DNA from: Podarcis tiliguerta
Taxonomy: Eukaryota
Direction: 5' to 3' (one strand)
NCBI GenBank assembly: GCA_965153285.1
Contig: OZ229110.1
DNA length: 64,000 nucleotides
The stretch's first letter is position 1. Each line of letters opens with the position of its first letter. The notes below the pieces were generated by a model that saw only the letters and a list, made by a program, of their open reading frames with translations, searched no databases and was not told where the DNA came from. Below, piece by piece: positions 47,985-59,500 of the stretch. Both the position numbers and the translations under genes were made by a program.

Positions 47985-48700
47985 GCGAATTGCAGCGAAA
48001 TCCTAAACCAGCGACGCTACCTTAGGAGCCAGGATCGGGAGCGAGCCGGGATTGGCTGCTGCAGAACTTCATCGCGATTTGCAGAGAGGCTTGTGTAAGT
48101 GGTAGCAACCACCTTTGAACGGGGGGGGCGGTTAAAAGTCCTGCGATTCCTATTCTTTCATCAAAACAAAACGTTTTGATAGCTAAGGCTGGTATCCTCA
48201 GAAGGCGCCCCATTTGCTGAACTGGCCAGCTAGCAGACTGCTGCTTTGTGACTTTCCCCACTTTAGCGTTATTATTCCCAAGTCTCCCCTCCCATCATCG
48301 GCGCACGTGGTTGGTGCCGCAGTGTAATTTCCTTTGTCGTCCTCTTGCTGCGCGTGGGCTGGAGCGCTGTTTGCAAGAAAGAAGAAAGGCCAGGGGAGAT
48401 TGCCCGCTTGTGCAACGGGTAGGAGTCTCTATCCAGAATTTTTGCAATCTGGCTCTATTCTCACTTTTGTTTCGGCTCTCTCCAACGATGGGATACGCTT
48501 CGTGCTGTTTTCTTTCTGTCCTTCGTAGGTGCTTCTCTCCTACGGTAATTGGCTTCTACGCTTTGCTGGCTTCATCCTGCCTGCCGCTCTGGTTAACTGC
48601 TGTTGCTTTTTCTTCCTCTAGTTGGATTTTTTGGCGCCCTTTTTTTGGGGGGGGGCGTTATTTCTTCCGTTATCTTCGCTTCTTCGGGATAACCAGCTCT
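47985..48700 (+). promoter_or_regulatory. CpG-rich promoter / probable non-coding first exon region of SELENOH
   Basis: CpG enrichment, ATTGG at 48051, CACGTG near 48304, candidate donors at 48095 (GTAAGT) and 48419. The SELENOH ATG exon is preceded by a clear acceptor (ttttgCAGTAG, 49317-49322). Confidence 0.55.
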
Positions 48701-49323
48701 CCTAATTCTTTTCCTTTAAATTTCAATTGATTTATATGCCGCCCATTAACAGAAAAGTTCTCTGGACGGTTTGCAAGTAAAGACTGCTTTTCACGTTCTC
48801 CCCACCCCGCCCTCTGTAACTAATTAATTAAAAAGGTTTTTTAAAGAATATTAGTTTACAGGCTCGCATTCTCTTTGCTTGAAAGTGTGTACACGTGAAT
48901 CAACCTCCATAGATTTTCCTGTGTTTTGCAAGAGGTTTGATAACCCAATTTCTAAATGCTTAACACTTAAGCCTTTCTAGTGTCCTCCTTATGGCATTAG
49001 GGTATTTTACTTTGTCAGGATTGATACTATAATGTTCTTTGCAGAAAGGCTCAGTTTGCTTGCTTGCTTCCTTCCTTACTTACTTACTTACTTGCATGCA
49101 TGCATGCAGTATTTTGCATGCAGAAGATCTATCCTTCCCTTTAGACAATACTGAGCTAGATGCATCATGATCTGATTTGGTATAAGGCAGCAAAAGCAAA
49201 CCGAAGGAGCTTCATCTTCTTGGCTGTTCGCCTTACGAAGGCCACATGCATTGAGATGTGCAGCCCAGTGGGGTGAGTGGGCCATTATTTTTCCTACCCT
49301 CCTGTGTTTGCTTTTGCAGTAGA

Positions 49324-52300
49324 ATGGCCCCCAAAGGGAGGAAGAGGAAGGCAGAGGCACCTCGGGCCAAGACTGCAACATCTGAAGGAGTGGAGATGAA
49401 TGTTGCTAAGGAATCACCCAAGAAACCAAAGAAGGATGAAGAATTGGGCTTTCGTGTGATCATTGAGCATTGGTGTGTACCTGCCCGTAATTTGCATCAT
49501 CTGACTAAGGATGGTACCCTCATGGGTTGTTTCATGCATTTTGCTTTCTAGAAGGGATTCCTGGGTAGAGCTGGCTGCTGCCTGGGAGAAAAAATATTGG
49601 GGTTGCACCCAGAACAATCCTAAAGTGAGCCAGTGTTGAATTTGCTCTGATAGTGGGTCCTTTTGCACAAGAAGTACCATAAGTGAACGACTTGCATCTG
49701 CAGATACAATTCCTAAGGACAGAAATAGTAATGGTAGTTTTGTGACATTTCATTCATGAGAGGCAGTTCTACCAGCAGACCTGTTGCCCAGCATTGAAAG
49801 AGAGAGAAAACTGCTAGCACACTGATGGTATTGGATGCGACCCTTAAGTATATTAATTATTTTAGTTTTAATTGATTAAATCTACATACATTTGCATCTG
49901 AGGGGGGAAATGGTTTCAAAAGAAAGAGCACACCTTTTTTGCTTTTGTTTTAAATAATGTATGTGTAGAAGTATTATTTCCTCCTTTTTCTTCATTTGGG
50001 AGGAAATAACTCTCTTTAGGTGTTGTTTGCCATCTGTGGCTGATTGCTTATTTCTTTATAAGTAATTATTATATCACCCTTGAATGCAATTCCCTGGATG
50101 GTTTTAAAAAAAGAGTAAAACCATTCAAATGTTCATACAAAAATAAACGCCCTAAAATTATAAATGTGGTATGACTAAAATTGCATCTACAGATGCAAGT
50201 GACAATACAGTAGGCACCAAGCAAACTGGTATCAGAACTAGTATTAAAAGTTTAATTGGTCAGCNNNNNNNNNNNNNNNNNNNNNNNNNNNNNNNNNNNN
50301 NNNNNNNNNNNNNNNNNNNNNNNNNNNNNNNNNNNNNNNNNNNNNNNNNNNNNNNNNNNNNNNNNNNNNNNNNNNNNNNNNNNNNNNNNNNNNNNATTAT
50401 TTTTTAACTGAGTATTGCCACAGCTCTAGTAAGAACACATTTTTGAACAGGAAATCTCATCCCTAAATACTGCATCTCTCCTATGAAGTAGAAAACGGAA
50501 TGGGAAGTTTGGGCTGAACTCTCTGAACACTGGTGGGGTTGTGCTTTCTTCCATGTAGTCAAACCATTCATTGCTTTGTGCCTGTATGGGTTCAACAGAG
50601 ACTTTCAAATCACAGTTCAGGTGGTTCTCTGAAAGCTTTTCTTCATTCCACAGTAAAAGCTGACGAGTCTATGGGCGCAGTGCCGATGCAGTCAGCGAGG
50701 CACTGCACCAGACCTTTCCTGACATCGTGGTGATGGTGAACCCTGAGAAACCGCGCAGGAATAGCTTTGAAGTTGCTTTGTGGAAAGAAGATGGCACCAG
50801 TAAGTGCTTTCAAGGGAGGCTTTTCAGTGAGAGACAGTAGGGACCTTCCTGGAGTTGCCATATCTATTTGGGGTTAGTGATACCCCAAATATAGCTTGGT
50901 AGAGAAACCTTCGGCAGTGAGTTCTTGGTGTAGTTTTCATCTGCCTAGAATATGTGTGACCAGATGTTCACAAATCCACTCACCAAGCCATAGGGGGGCC
51001 CCAAGTACAAAAAGCAATTAGGCTGCCTTGTGCTCTTCTCCATAAAGGTAAAGGTACCCCTGCCCGTACGGGCCAGTCTTGGCAGACTCTAGGGTTGTGC
51101 GCCCATCTCACTCAAGAGGCCGAGGGCCAGCACTGTCCGGAGACACTTCCAGGTCACGTGGCAAGCGTGACAAAGCCGCTGGGGGCCAGCGCAGCACACG
51201 GAAACGCCATTTACCTTCCCGCTATAAAGCGGTACCTATTTACTTGCACCCGGGGGTGCTTTCAAACTGCTAGGTTGGCAGGCGCTGGGACCGCACCCCA
51301 CCACGGGGATTCGAACCACCGACCTTTCGATCGGCAAGCCCTAGGCGCTGAGGCTTTTACCCACAGCGCCACCCGCGGCCCTGCTCTTCTCCATATCCCA
51401 CTGCAAATCAGAAAACACTCTGTATCTCTCCCCAGCTGTGGTTTGTGCCATAGAATTTGGGGGTGGGGGATGGCTGTGTGACCATAAATAGTAGCTGTGG
51501 TTCCCTGTATGTACGCATCAGAATGTACATAACTAGAAATTTGAGGCTGAAACATCAGCAGCTGAACATCTTATTGCTGGGATCCCTAGTGTGACATCTG
51601 AGGGCACCACTTAGCACCAACCAAAATCCTCTGCTTCTCCTAATTTTTAATTAGTTTTAAATTTGAGGGTTGTGTGTTTTTTGTTAGGATGGGTTGCCTG
51701 TTTCGGGATTTGGGTGAGGTGGTCAGATGTTTTATCTGTAGTCTTTGTCTGCTTCGGAATGTGTCTGATAATGTTGTAATTGTTTGGTGGCAGGATCTAA
51801 TAATTGCCAGAGCCCCCACCTCGGTGAAATGGTTATTTTGTGGTGCCTGTGACAGTTTATTAGATTTGATGGATTCAGTAAATACTCCTCCAACCTTCAA
51901 CAGTGACACAGTACAGAGAGTGGGTGTGCTGGCATAAAAAGGAAACCAGATGTGGACAATCCATGCCCACCAGATGTTGCTGGGCTAAAATCCCATAATC
52001 CCAGACCATGGGCCAGAGTGGCTGAAGTCTTAACAACATCTGGAAGGCCACAGTTCCCCACCCCTGACTTACGCTAGAGAGAATGACCTGGAAGTAGGTA
52101 TCAAAAAGCTGGGCTAGCTGAGGTTTCAACCAGATACCATAGCCATATTCTGAGGTTCCCCTTCCAGTTCTGTTGTGCTTTCTACCTGCTTATTTATCCC
52201 TTACTCCCCTTTGCTGCTGCAAGTCCAAGAAGCTAGTTGCTGCTGGAAGATGAGTGGGCAGGCAGTGCCAAGAGAGACTGGGAGTTCTCTAGAGGTGGCT

Positions 52301-52831
52301 TGCACAACTTCCAGCACTATTAGCTGCTCTAGTTATCACCTTGCTCACAGGGTTTCTTTGAACTGGAGCAGGATACTGGGCTGAATGTTTGGCAAGACCT
52401 ACATAGCAGCTCTTTGATCAAGCTTTAGCCCAGTGGTCCGGTTAGATTCGGTTTCTCTTTCCACCACTCCACACACAAGCTCAGCTGTAGAACTGGCTCA
52501 ACGTGTGAGATCTTGGGCAACTGGAGATGTAACTTGCTCAGCTACTGCTATGTCGTTATTTGTGAGAGCAACCAATAGTTTAATGAATGCACACAACCCT
52601 ACCTACAAGCCAGCAGAGGGACATGGCGTCTTGGCTGCGTGCTTGTGGCTGGCTGGAAGTAACACAATGGAAATGCTGCTGGTGAGTTGTCTTCTATCTT
52701 TATTGATTTTGTCTTTATTGGGTTTTTTAGAGGTGGAGTTATGGAGCGGCCTCAAGAAAGGGCCACCACGGAAGCTCAAGTTTCCCGAACCAAAGAAGGT
52801 GGTTGAAATGCTGAAGGGCAACCTAGAATAA
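49324..52831 (+). CDS. SELENOH: Selenoprotein H (3 coding exons, 131 aa, Sec-encoding UGA)
   Basis: Exons 49324-49472, 50654-50799, 52731-52831 (TAA); 396 nt in frame. MAPKGRKRKAEA...RVIIEHC/KS-U(TGA 50661-50663)-RVYGRSADAVSEAL...VNPEKPRRNSFEV...DGT/KVELWSGLKKGPPRKLKFPEPKKVVEMLKGNLE. CxxU motif of the Rdx family; position between TMX2 and BTBD18 matches known synteny. Confidence 0.97.
50265..50395. other. Assembly gap (131 N) inside SELENOH coding intron 1
   Basis: Run of N. Confidence 1.
51045..51381 (-). mobile_element. Sauria (Squam1) SINE with both ends intact, in SELENOH intron
   Basis: tRNA-like head with GGTTCGAATCC B box on -, (ACCTTT)n tail, perfect 14-bp TSD TGCTCTTCTCCATA (51031-51044, 51382-51395). 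Confidence 0.92.
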
Positions 52832-53462
52832 AGCAAACAACTGGGCAGGATTACCAATGGTAGGTTTGTACAACGTAGCAGCCATATTTTCCGGCATCTG
52901 CTGGACATCAGTGCCTTATTGGACTGGCCTCACCACCACTCCAATTCCTGTGTAGTTTTAAATGATTACTGCCTGGAGCAAGAAATAGGACTAAAAGCTA
53001 GTCATTCTTTTGTGGTCTCTCTGTTGTTGTTGTCTCTCCCCCCCCCTGGCTGGGTAGAGGATGAATTGGGAAGAAAGGCAAATTAACTGCTCCCATCATT
53101 AAGTCACATACTTCAAGGACTGCTCATCCATCCATCTGTCTTGTACACTTATCACCTACAGCACAGGTTGGCAGTATGCAGCCACTGGCCTCATTACATA
53201 TGGGTGTAGAGGTGGCAGCAAGGGAGGGGGAAAGGGTGCCCCCTCCCTTTCAGCTCTGGGAATCTTGGATCATAGCTGTGCTATCCATCTGTGCTGGCAT
53301 CTCCTGAGAAAGGGAAGGGGGTGAAATCAAGAGCATACCCCCTGCAGCTACTCAGCATAGTATATGAATGGTGCATTAGCTTGCTTTCTACTGAGCAAGA
53401 TCTGTGGCTAATGGCTGTCTGTCCTTGCATCTAGCACAGCCGATGAACACTTCGTCCTGTGT

Positions 53463-53548
53463 GAGAGGTGGAGCATCCATGATGGGATATGATTAAGTGG
53501 GGTAAATAATGAAACTCCAGTCGCATCCCTGAAGCTGCCGCCCCTCCT
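53463..53548 (+). promoter_or_regulatory. SELENOH: Type II SECIS element in the SELENOH 3' UTR
   Basis: ATGA (53479-53482) and GA (53531-53532) form the core. Helix II: GGGATATGATT (53484-53494) pairs with AGTCGCATCCC (53519-53529) at 10 of 11 positions including G-U pairs. Unpaired AA at 53495-53496; mini-stem GGGGT/ACTCC. Confidence 0.92.
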
Positions 53549-53640
53549 CCACGAAAGGAAGAACGTACCAGCTGCTTGTTTCCTGATCCTTTACCGTTTT
53601 GCTTTGTTAGTCATTTGGGGATGGGCAAATATTGTTTTTC

Positions 53641-53646
53641 AATAAA
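53641..53646 (+). terminator. SELENOH polyadenylation signal
   Basis: AATAAA about 100 nt after the SECIS, followed by T-rich sequence. Confidence 0.75.
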
Positions 53647-56571
53647 GCTTTAGCTGTTGTCATGCCTTATACTTTCTTAATTCTTATATATTTCTTAATT
53701 CTGTTCAGTTAGGACAGCATCTGGCTAGACAAACCTTAGTGCAGCATGTGCTACAGCTTCACTAAGGCCCCATCTACACTTCCACTTGTCCTGCTGTTTC
53801 CCCTGGAAAAAAACCTGTCATCAATTGAGTTTTCTGCAGATTGATGTTTGTTCCAATTTGGCACTAAACAGGTTTTCCTGGGGAAAGCGGTGGGGCAAAC
53901 AGAACCGTGTTTAGAAAGTATGGGGTAAGCAATAAATGTGGACAAGCCCCTAAATAAAAGTGGTTCTTCTGGATCCTGTGCAGTTGCACTTCAGTAGTGA
54001 AGCCTTTATCTTTCCTTAAGCAGCATAAAAATCAGTGTGGCATGTCTTAGGTGTTGGAAGCTAGAAGGACTTGCCACTTCTATCACAATCCTGTGCAACT
54101 GCACAGGGTTTTTGCAAACCTACCTTAACATTCAGCATGCTTTATTATCTTGTTCATTAACTGCAAAAAGGATGTCATTTGTAAATCTCTGGAGCCCTTT
54201 CTTTCCATTTTGTTCTAGCCTGAAAGCACCAAATCTGGTGCCATGATCTGCCTATATATCCTGCAGTAACTTCCTTTCTAGATGATTCTTCCGTAATATC
54301 AGCTTTTCCCTCATCCTGTTTCTAACAAGCTTCTTGTGTGCAATTTGTTTCTTTTCTACCAACGCTGCAACTAAACCATAAGCTGCCATAAGTTTAAACA
54401 AAATAAAGACAACTCGGGGGGAATACAGGAACTTTAATTGAACAAAGTCACAACTCAACATTTCTTATGGCCTTTGTGCCATCTACTCTTCAGATTGTTT
54501 TCTGTACAATGAGAGCTTTGGGCTATCAAAAGGAAGTAGTTGGCACAGCGTCATGGAGGCATGGGTCACTGCACTTGAATACACCTCTCCTTGAATAAGC
54601 TGTAAACAAGGGAAATGGTTTGAATGTAAAACAAGTGATTTAACCTGTTATTAGACTTTGGAGAGCCATCTCTGTACAAAATAAAATAAAATCAGCAGGG
54701 CATGTAACTGTTTACTAAATCAGCTTCCACAGACGGTTAGCCAGCATTAATAGCCAGTAAAAGTGGTCGGTCCTACCGGAAGTAGTGAAAAGACAGCCTT
54801 GAAGGGGCTTTTAACATTTCCAGGCAGCTGCTCCAATAAATGCCCCGAGCTTTTGCAGTGCAGCCCAAAGAGCACCCACTCAAAAGTACAGCAGATGCAG
54901 TGAGAGGCATCAGCAAAAGTCATGCTGCTGTTTCTAGCTCCAGTGTGACCTTTGTGATAAAGTGTTTGGTGTGTGCACACAGCTGGTGGGAACAGTAGGC
55001 CACCACCCATGTCTTCTCCAGTGTTGTAAAGTCCCTTCTACTCCCAAGTTGTGCTGCTGGTGTAACTGTTCACCAGATTGGGTTTTAAGAGGGTGGGGCA
55101 GGGAGCAAGGCCTAAAAGTTGCTTTAGCTGCCTACCATTAAAAATTAAAATTAAAGCCACAAACAAACTAAGTTTGAGTCACTGAGAACACAGTCACTCT
55201 CTGGTTACCCTAGAATGCACAACTGACTTTGTTCACTGAATTGTGAGTGCCACACTTCCTGTGTATTTAGAAAGCCCTTTTTGTTCACCTTGGGGCAGCT
55301 AAACCCTCCTTCATTATTGGGGGTGGTGGTGGGGGAAACTGGTGGCCCTCCTGCTATAAATAGAACTGAAACAGACCGTGCTCGTGTGCAGTTTTAGTGC
55401 ATGAGAAAGACTTTCCCCACCATTAACATTTCCTTACTTTTTGACAGAACCACTGCTAGATGTTTCAGTTTTTTAGTTTCTAGCTTCTACCTATCCTATA
55501 AAGCAGACCAGGAATCCTGCCAGCCTGCACTGTACAGAAAACAGTTACAAACGTAACAGTCATGATTAGATAAGGCTGAGGGGGTGATGATAGTAAAATA
55601 ACCCCGCCTACCATTTGCAATTCGGGGGGGGGGGGCACTTTTCCCTCGGCACTCCAAAAGCACTGTAAGATACTAGTAATGTAATTGTTTACCGCAGCCC
55701 CATCAAGGATTTTAAGTGTGGCACCAAAGTCTATCCCACACAGGGCCAGACTTTTATAAGACCTTGACATGGTGATGCTGCCCCTACTTTGAGGCACCCT
55801 CCTCTCCTCGCATGGCAGTGCGTGTTAGTTTTTTATTCTCCACCTTTTCAAGCAGGGCAGCCTAGCAATGGGGAGGCTCAGTTCAGCAGCTGAGTTCTCT
55901 GTCCTGGCAGGCGTCACAGGAAGGCTGACATCGTCACCTGTGTCCATGAGGGAGGGGGTGGTCATGTGTGGGAGAGAGGCCATGGCAGGCTGCAATCAGA
56001 AGTGCACTGCACTGGGCAAGCGAGAAAGCAAAACCAGGGGAGAGAGCTAAGTTAAAGGGTGCACTGCAGCTCACCATTACCAAGGAAGTCCAACAGTCCA
56101 GATGGTCCCAAGAGAGAGGTGACGGGGATGAGGCGTGGCGTTGCTGCTTACTGTGTCACACACTCATCCCCAAGCAGGCTTCCCGCTTTCAGTTGGGAAG
56201 ACATCTCAGCCAAGTCTCAGTTCAGTTTTGGCCTGCAGCAGGCAGCCATGACGCTGAATGTCCCCCAAGGTCCCCACATACTTTGCATTTTGGGAGACTT
56301 GGCATAGCGGCTGCCCACCAGAGGCTTGAGGCTCCCCTTTAACCACAAGTGCTGTTGCCTCCAGGATAAATACACCCAGGGAGAGGGATAATGAGCCAAT
56401 GGCAATGGTAGCAAGTAGCAGCAGCAATGCCCGATGGGATCCTATTGGCACCGAGGTGAGCAGGGTAGCAGTGGGCCCTTCTTAGCCTGACCAGCAGACC
56501 TTTGGACATCAGGCCTGACCCCTCACAGCCCCTGGGTAGTCAAGGCAACTCCTTCCCATGGTCTGCATTCA

Positions 56572-59500
56572 CTAGTTCACAACATCCACCTCGGTTTCGG
56601 ACACCGGAGAGGGATCTGGCCTGACGCATTGGATGCTAACCAAGAGTTCGTCTACCCCACCGACATCTATCTCTTCCTCTTCCAAGCATGGAGGCACCTT
56701 ATAGCCCAAGTGGTGTTGCAAAGGGCTCTTCTGCAATGTCTGAGCATGGAGCTGTGTTTCGACACCACAGATACCCACTTCATAGGACAAAAAACCCCGG
56801 TCTTCATTGTCTGCCAAAGTGATGGGCAAAGGATCACCAAGGTTTGCAGGCATATTCTCTGACAGGGACAGTTGATGCTGAGCTGTCCAATCATCCAGTT
56901 GGGGAGAAGCTGGTTTGTACCAGGTAAAACAGTCACTGCTGGTTTCAGACTTCACAAATGGAAAGTAGCTGGGAACAGGGTCTAGCAAGGGTCTCCCATT
57001 AGCTGAGCCATGAGCTTCTCTGCTGATCTTCAGGTCAACAGCCTCCAGTTCCCCTTTTAGGAGACTGTTTTGGGTCTTGACCCACGGAGGACAGTCAGAG
57101 ACTTCTGGAGAGCACATATCTTTTCTTTCAACTTCAGCACATTCTAGTGGACACTCATTTGCTCCTGGTGCAGGCCATAAAATATTCATGCCTTCAGGAA
57201 TAGTGGCCTCTTGAGGCTCCTCAACAGCATCACCATCATCTGCCAGAAACATATCAAGCATGTGTTCCAACTCACCAGCTGAAACCAGCTTGTCATACTG
57301 CACATCCTCAGTCAGATGGTCTAGCAGAAACAGATCCAATTTATAAGGGTCCCCATCTTCCAAGGATACCTTGTTCTCAGCTTGTTCTCCCAGGTTCTTC
57401 TCATTAAGAGGTGGACTTTGTATTTTTGTTGGCAGACATCTAGTTGAGGTGACTGACTGTTGTGCATCTACTACTTCCGGCTCAGGATACCTGGGCGGAG
57501 ATCGAGAGCCCTCCTCTTTCACAGCACACATAGAGTTTGCTGGCCTGGTGGCCTGAGCTGAGGGAGATTCCTGGACCACCTCCCAGCAGCTGCCATTGAT
57601 AACTTTTCTGAGCCTTACCCGGCCAATCTGCCCTGCATTTTGGGGACAGCTAACACAAGGTTCACTGGCGTTGCGCTTTCTGCTCTTAGCAGCCTCTGGA
57701 GAGAGAGGCGGGCTCCAGAAACCATACAAATGGCTATCTTCTGCTTCTTTCTGCTCATCTTTGATCGGAAGACTTTTCTGCCTCCAGTGACGTCTGCTGG
57801 ACCTTGAGGGTTTGCTGGATTCCACAGTGTCTTTGATAGCACGTGGTACAGGCAAAGGTGATGATGGGAGCTTTGAGCGACTGAGCTTAATCTTTTTTGA
57901 CTCTTGCAAGCTGGTTGTAGCTTGGCTATCACCAGTCCCATCCTGTGTCCGCAAACTGTCATGCTCATTATTGCCAAATATATTCTTTCCCATGCCTGTA
58001 AGACGTTTTTTAACTTTAGTTCTAAGGGGCTCGGCGGTAACTGCTGGATCTTTAGGCATCTGGTCTTCATTCCCACTCGTCAATGCTTCTGATTTTTCCT
58101 TCTTGACAGCTTTCTGGACAATGCTGCTATTGTTATCCATTTCCTTGGTGCATGGAACTTTCACTACAGTGTGCTGCATATTTGAAGACAGCCATGACGT
58201 CAAGGAACTACCACTGCAGGCAGGGGGAGACTGCAACAGCGTTAACTCTGGGATGGATAATGGACTAGATAGCTGTAGGCAATCCCGATTTAATCTAGGG
58301 CCCAGGGATTTTTTGACCAACTTTCCTCCCTCTAGATGAAGTGACTCCAGCTCTGACACCTGAAGCTGCCGTGCAGCTGCAAGAACATCCTGGGCTTCTT
58401 CCCGGGACACCTCCATCTCAGAGGTGTAGAGGAAATCCACCAGCTTACGTAAAGTCCCAATTTTCAGCCCCCGGATCTCTAGCACCACCTTGTGTCCTTT
58501 GGGGGGCATTTCTCGCTCCAAACGCTCTGTGAAGAAAGGGCTGCAGGCTGATAGAATGCAACAGTGAGCTGGAACAGCTTCCCCTGCAAACAACACAATT
58601 GTTAGCAGGTACTGTATCAACAAAGAAACCCAGATATTTGCCCCCTCTGGACAGAAGTTGGTCCCAAAGTGTTCCAGCCCCTAAATAAACATTTTTCTTG
58701 AGATTCCCCAAGTGTTATCTCACGACTAATTATAGAGCTGTACTGTTTAATCCTTCTTACATACTGAGGCATATTATAGCATAAAACCATTTAGTTTTAC
58801 GATCAGTCTGCTTATGAGTCTGTCTCAGCAGCTCATTTAAAACTGTTAAACTTATTTTTACAATTCCTTCTGGATATGATACAATTAAAATAAAGAACAG
58901 AATGGTTGGAAAAAATAAGTTATTTTAGCTCACCCTGTTCTCTGCCCTCTCAGCTTTGAGGGCACTTAAGCACTAGCAAAAAGCAATTCACAGCATAAGA
59001 TGTACTATACATTATTATAAGCATACACAGACTTTTCCCAGTACACATATACTCTTGTTTGTTTCAACTGCGTTTGCTTAGTTCTCAGTGGATTTGTACT
59101 CACATTTGTTTGTGAGCAGGCATTTTACAAACAAAGAACAATTTGCTATCATAAAAACACCACTACACTGGAGAGGCACATGGTTAAGAACTCTAGGCAT
59201 AATCCAGCCGAAGTTCAGCACTGCAAAGCCTTGATTTCAATGGGAGAGTTAAGCTGTCCTGGAACTGCAGAACAGAAGGGAAGCACACCTATTCAGTGAC
59301 CAGCAGACCAAGTTTAATTGATGTCAACTGCTTTGGGAGAGAAAACCAGTGGTGGCTCAGGTTTGCATGCATGGCTGCTGTTAGTTAAGTTTAGACACTA
59401 TTGAGTTAGATGGACCAATGGGTTCTACTCATTGCAAGAAAGCTGCCTACGTTTCTAAGGAACCTATGACACTGAGAACAGGCTCTGGGAAATCCATCTA

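Noticed and set aside
50661-50663. In-frame TGA read as a nonsense mutation (SELENOH pseudogene)
   Set aside because: It sits at the CxxU position, the downstream frame is intact, and a SECIS is present, so it encodes Sec.
56206-56451. Hydrophobic 81-aa ORF in the BTBD18 3' region
   Set aside because: Starts at GTG with an in-frame stop just upstream; no splice support or recognisable homology.
58584-58623. N-terminus MLIQYLLTIVLFA of the 683-aa ORF
   Set aside because: Intronic sequence; the true N-terminus is the exon at 59850-59724.
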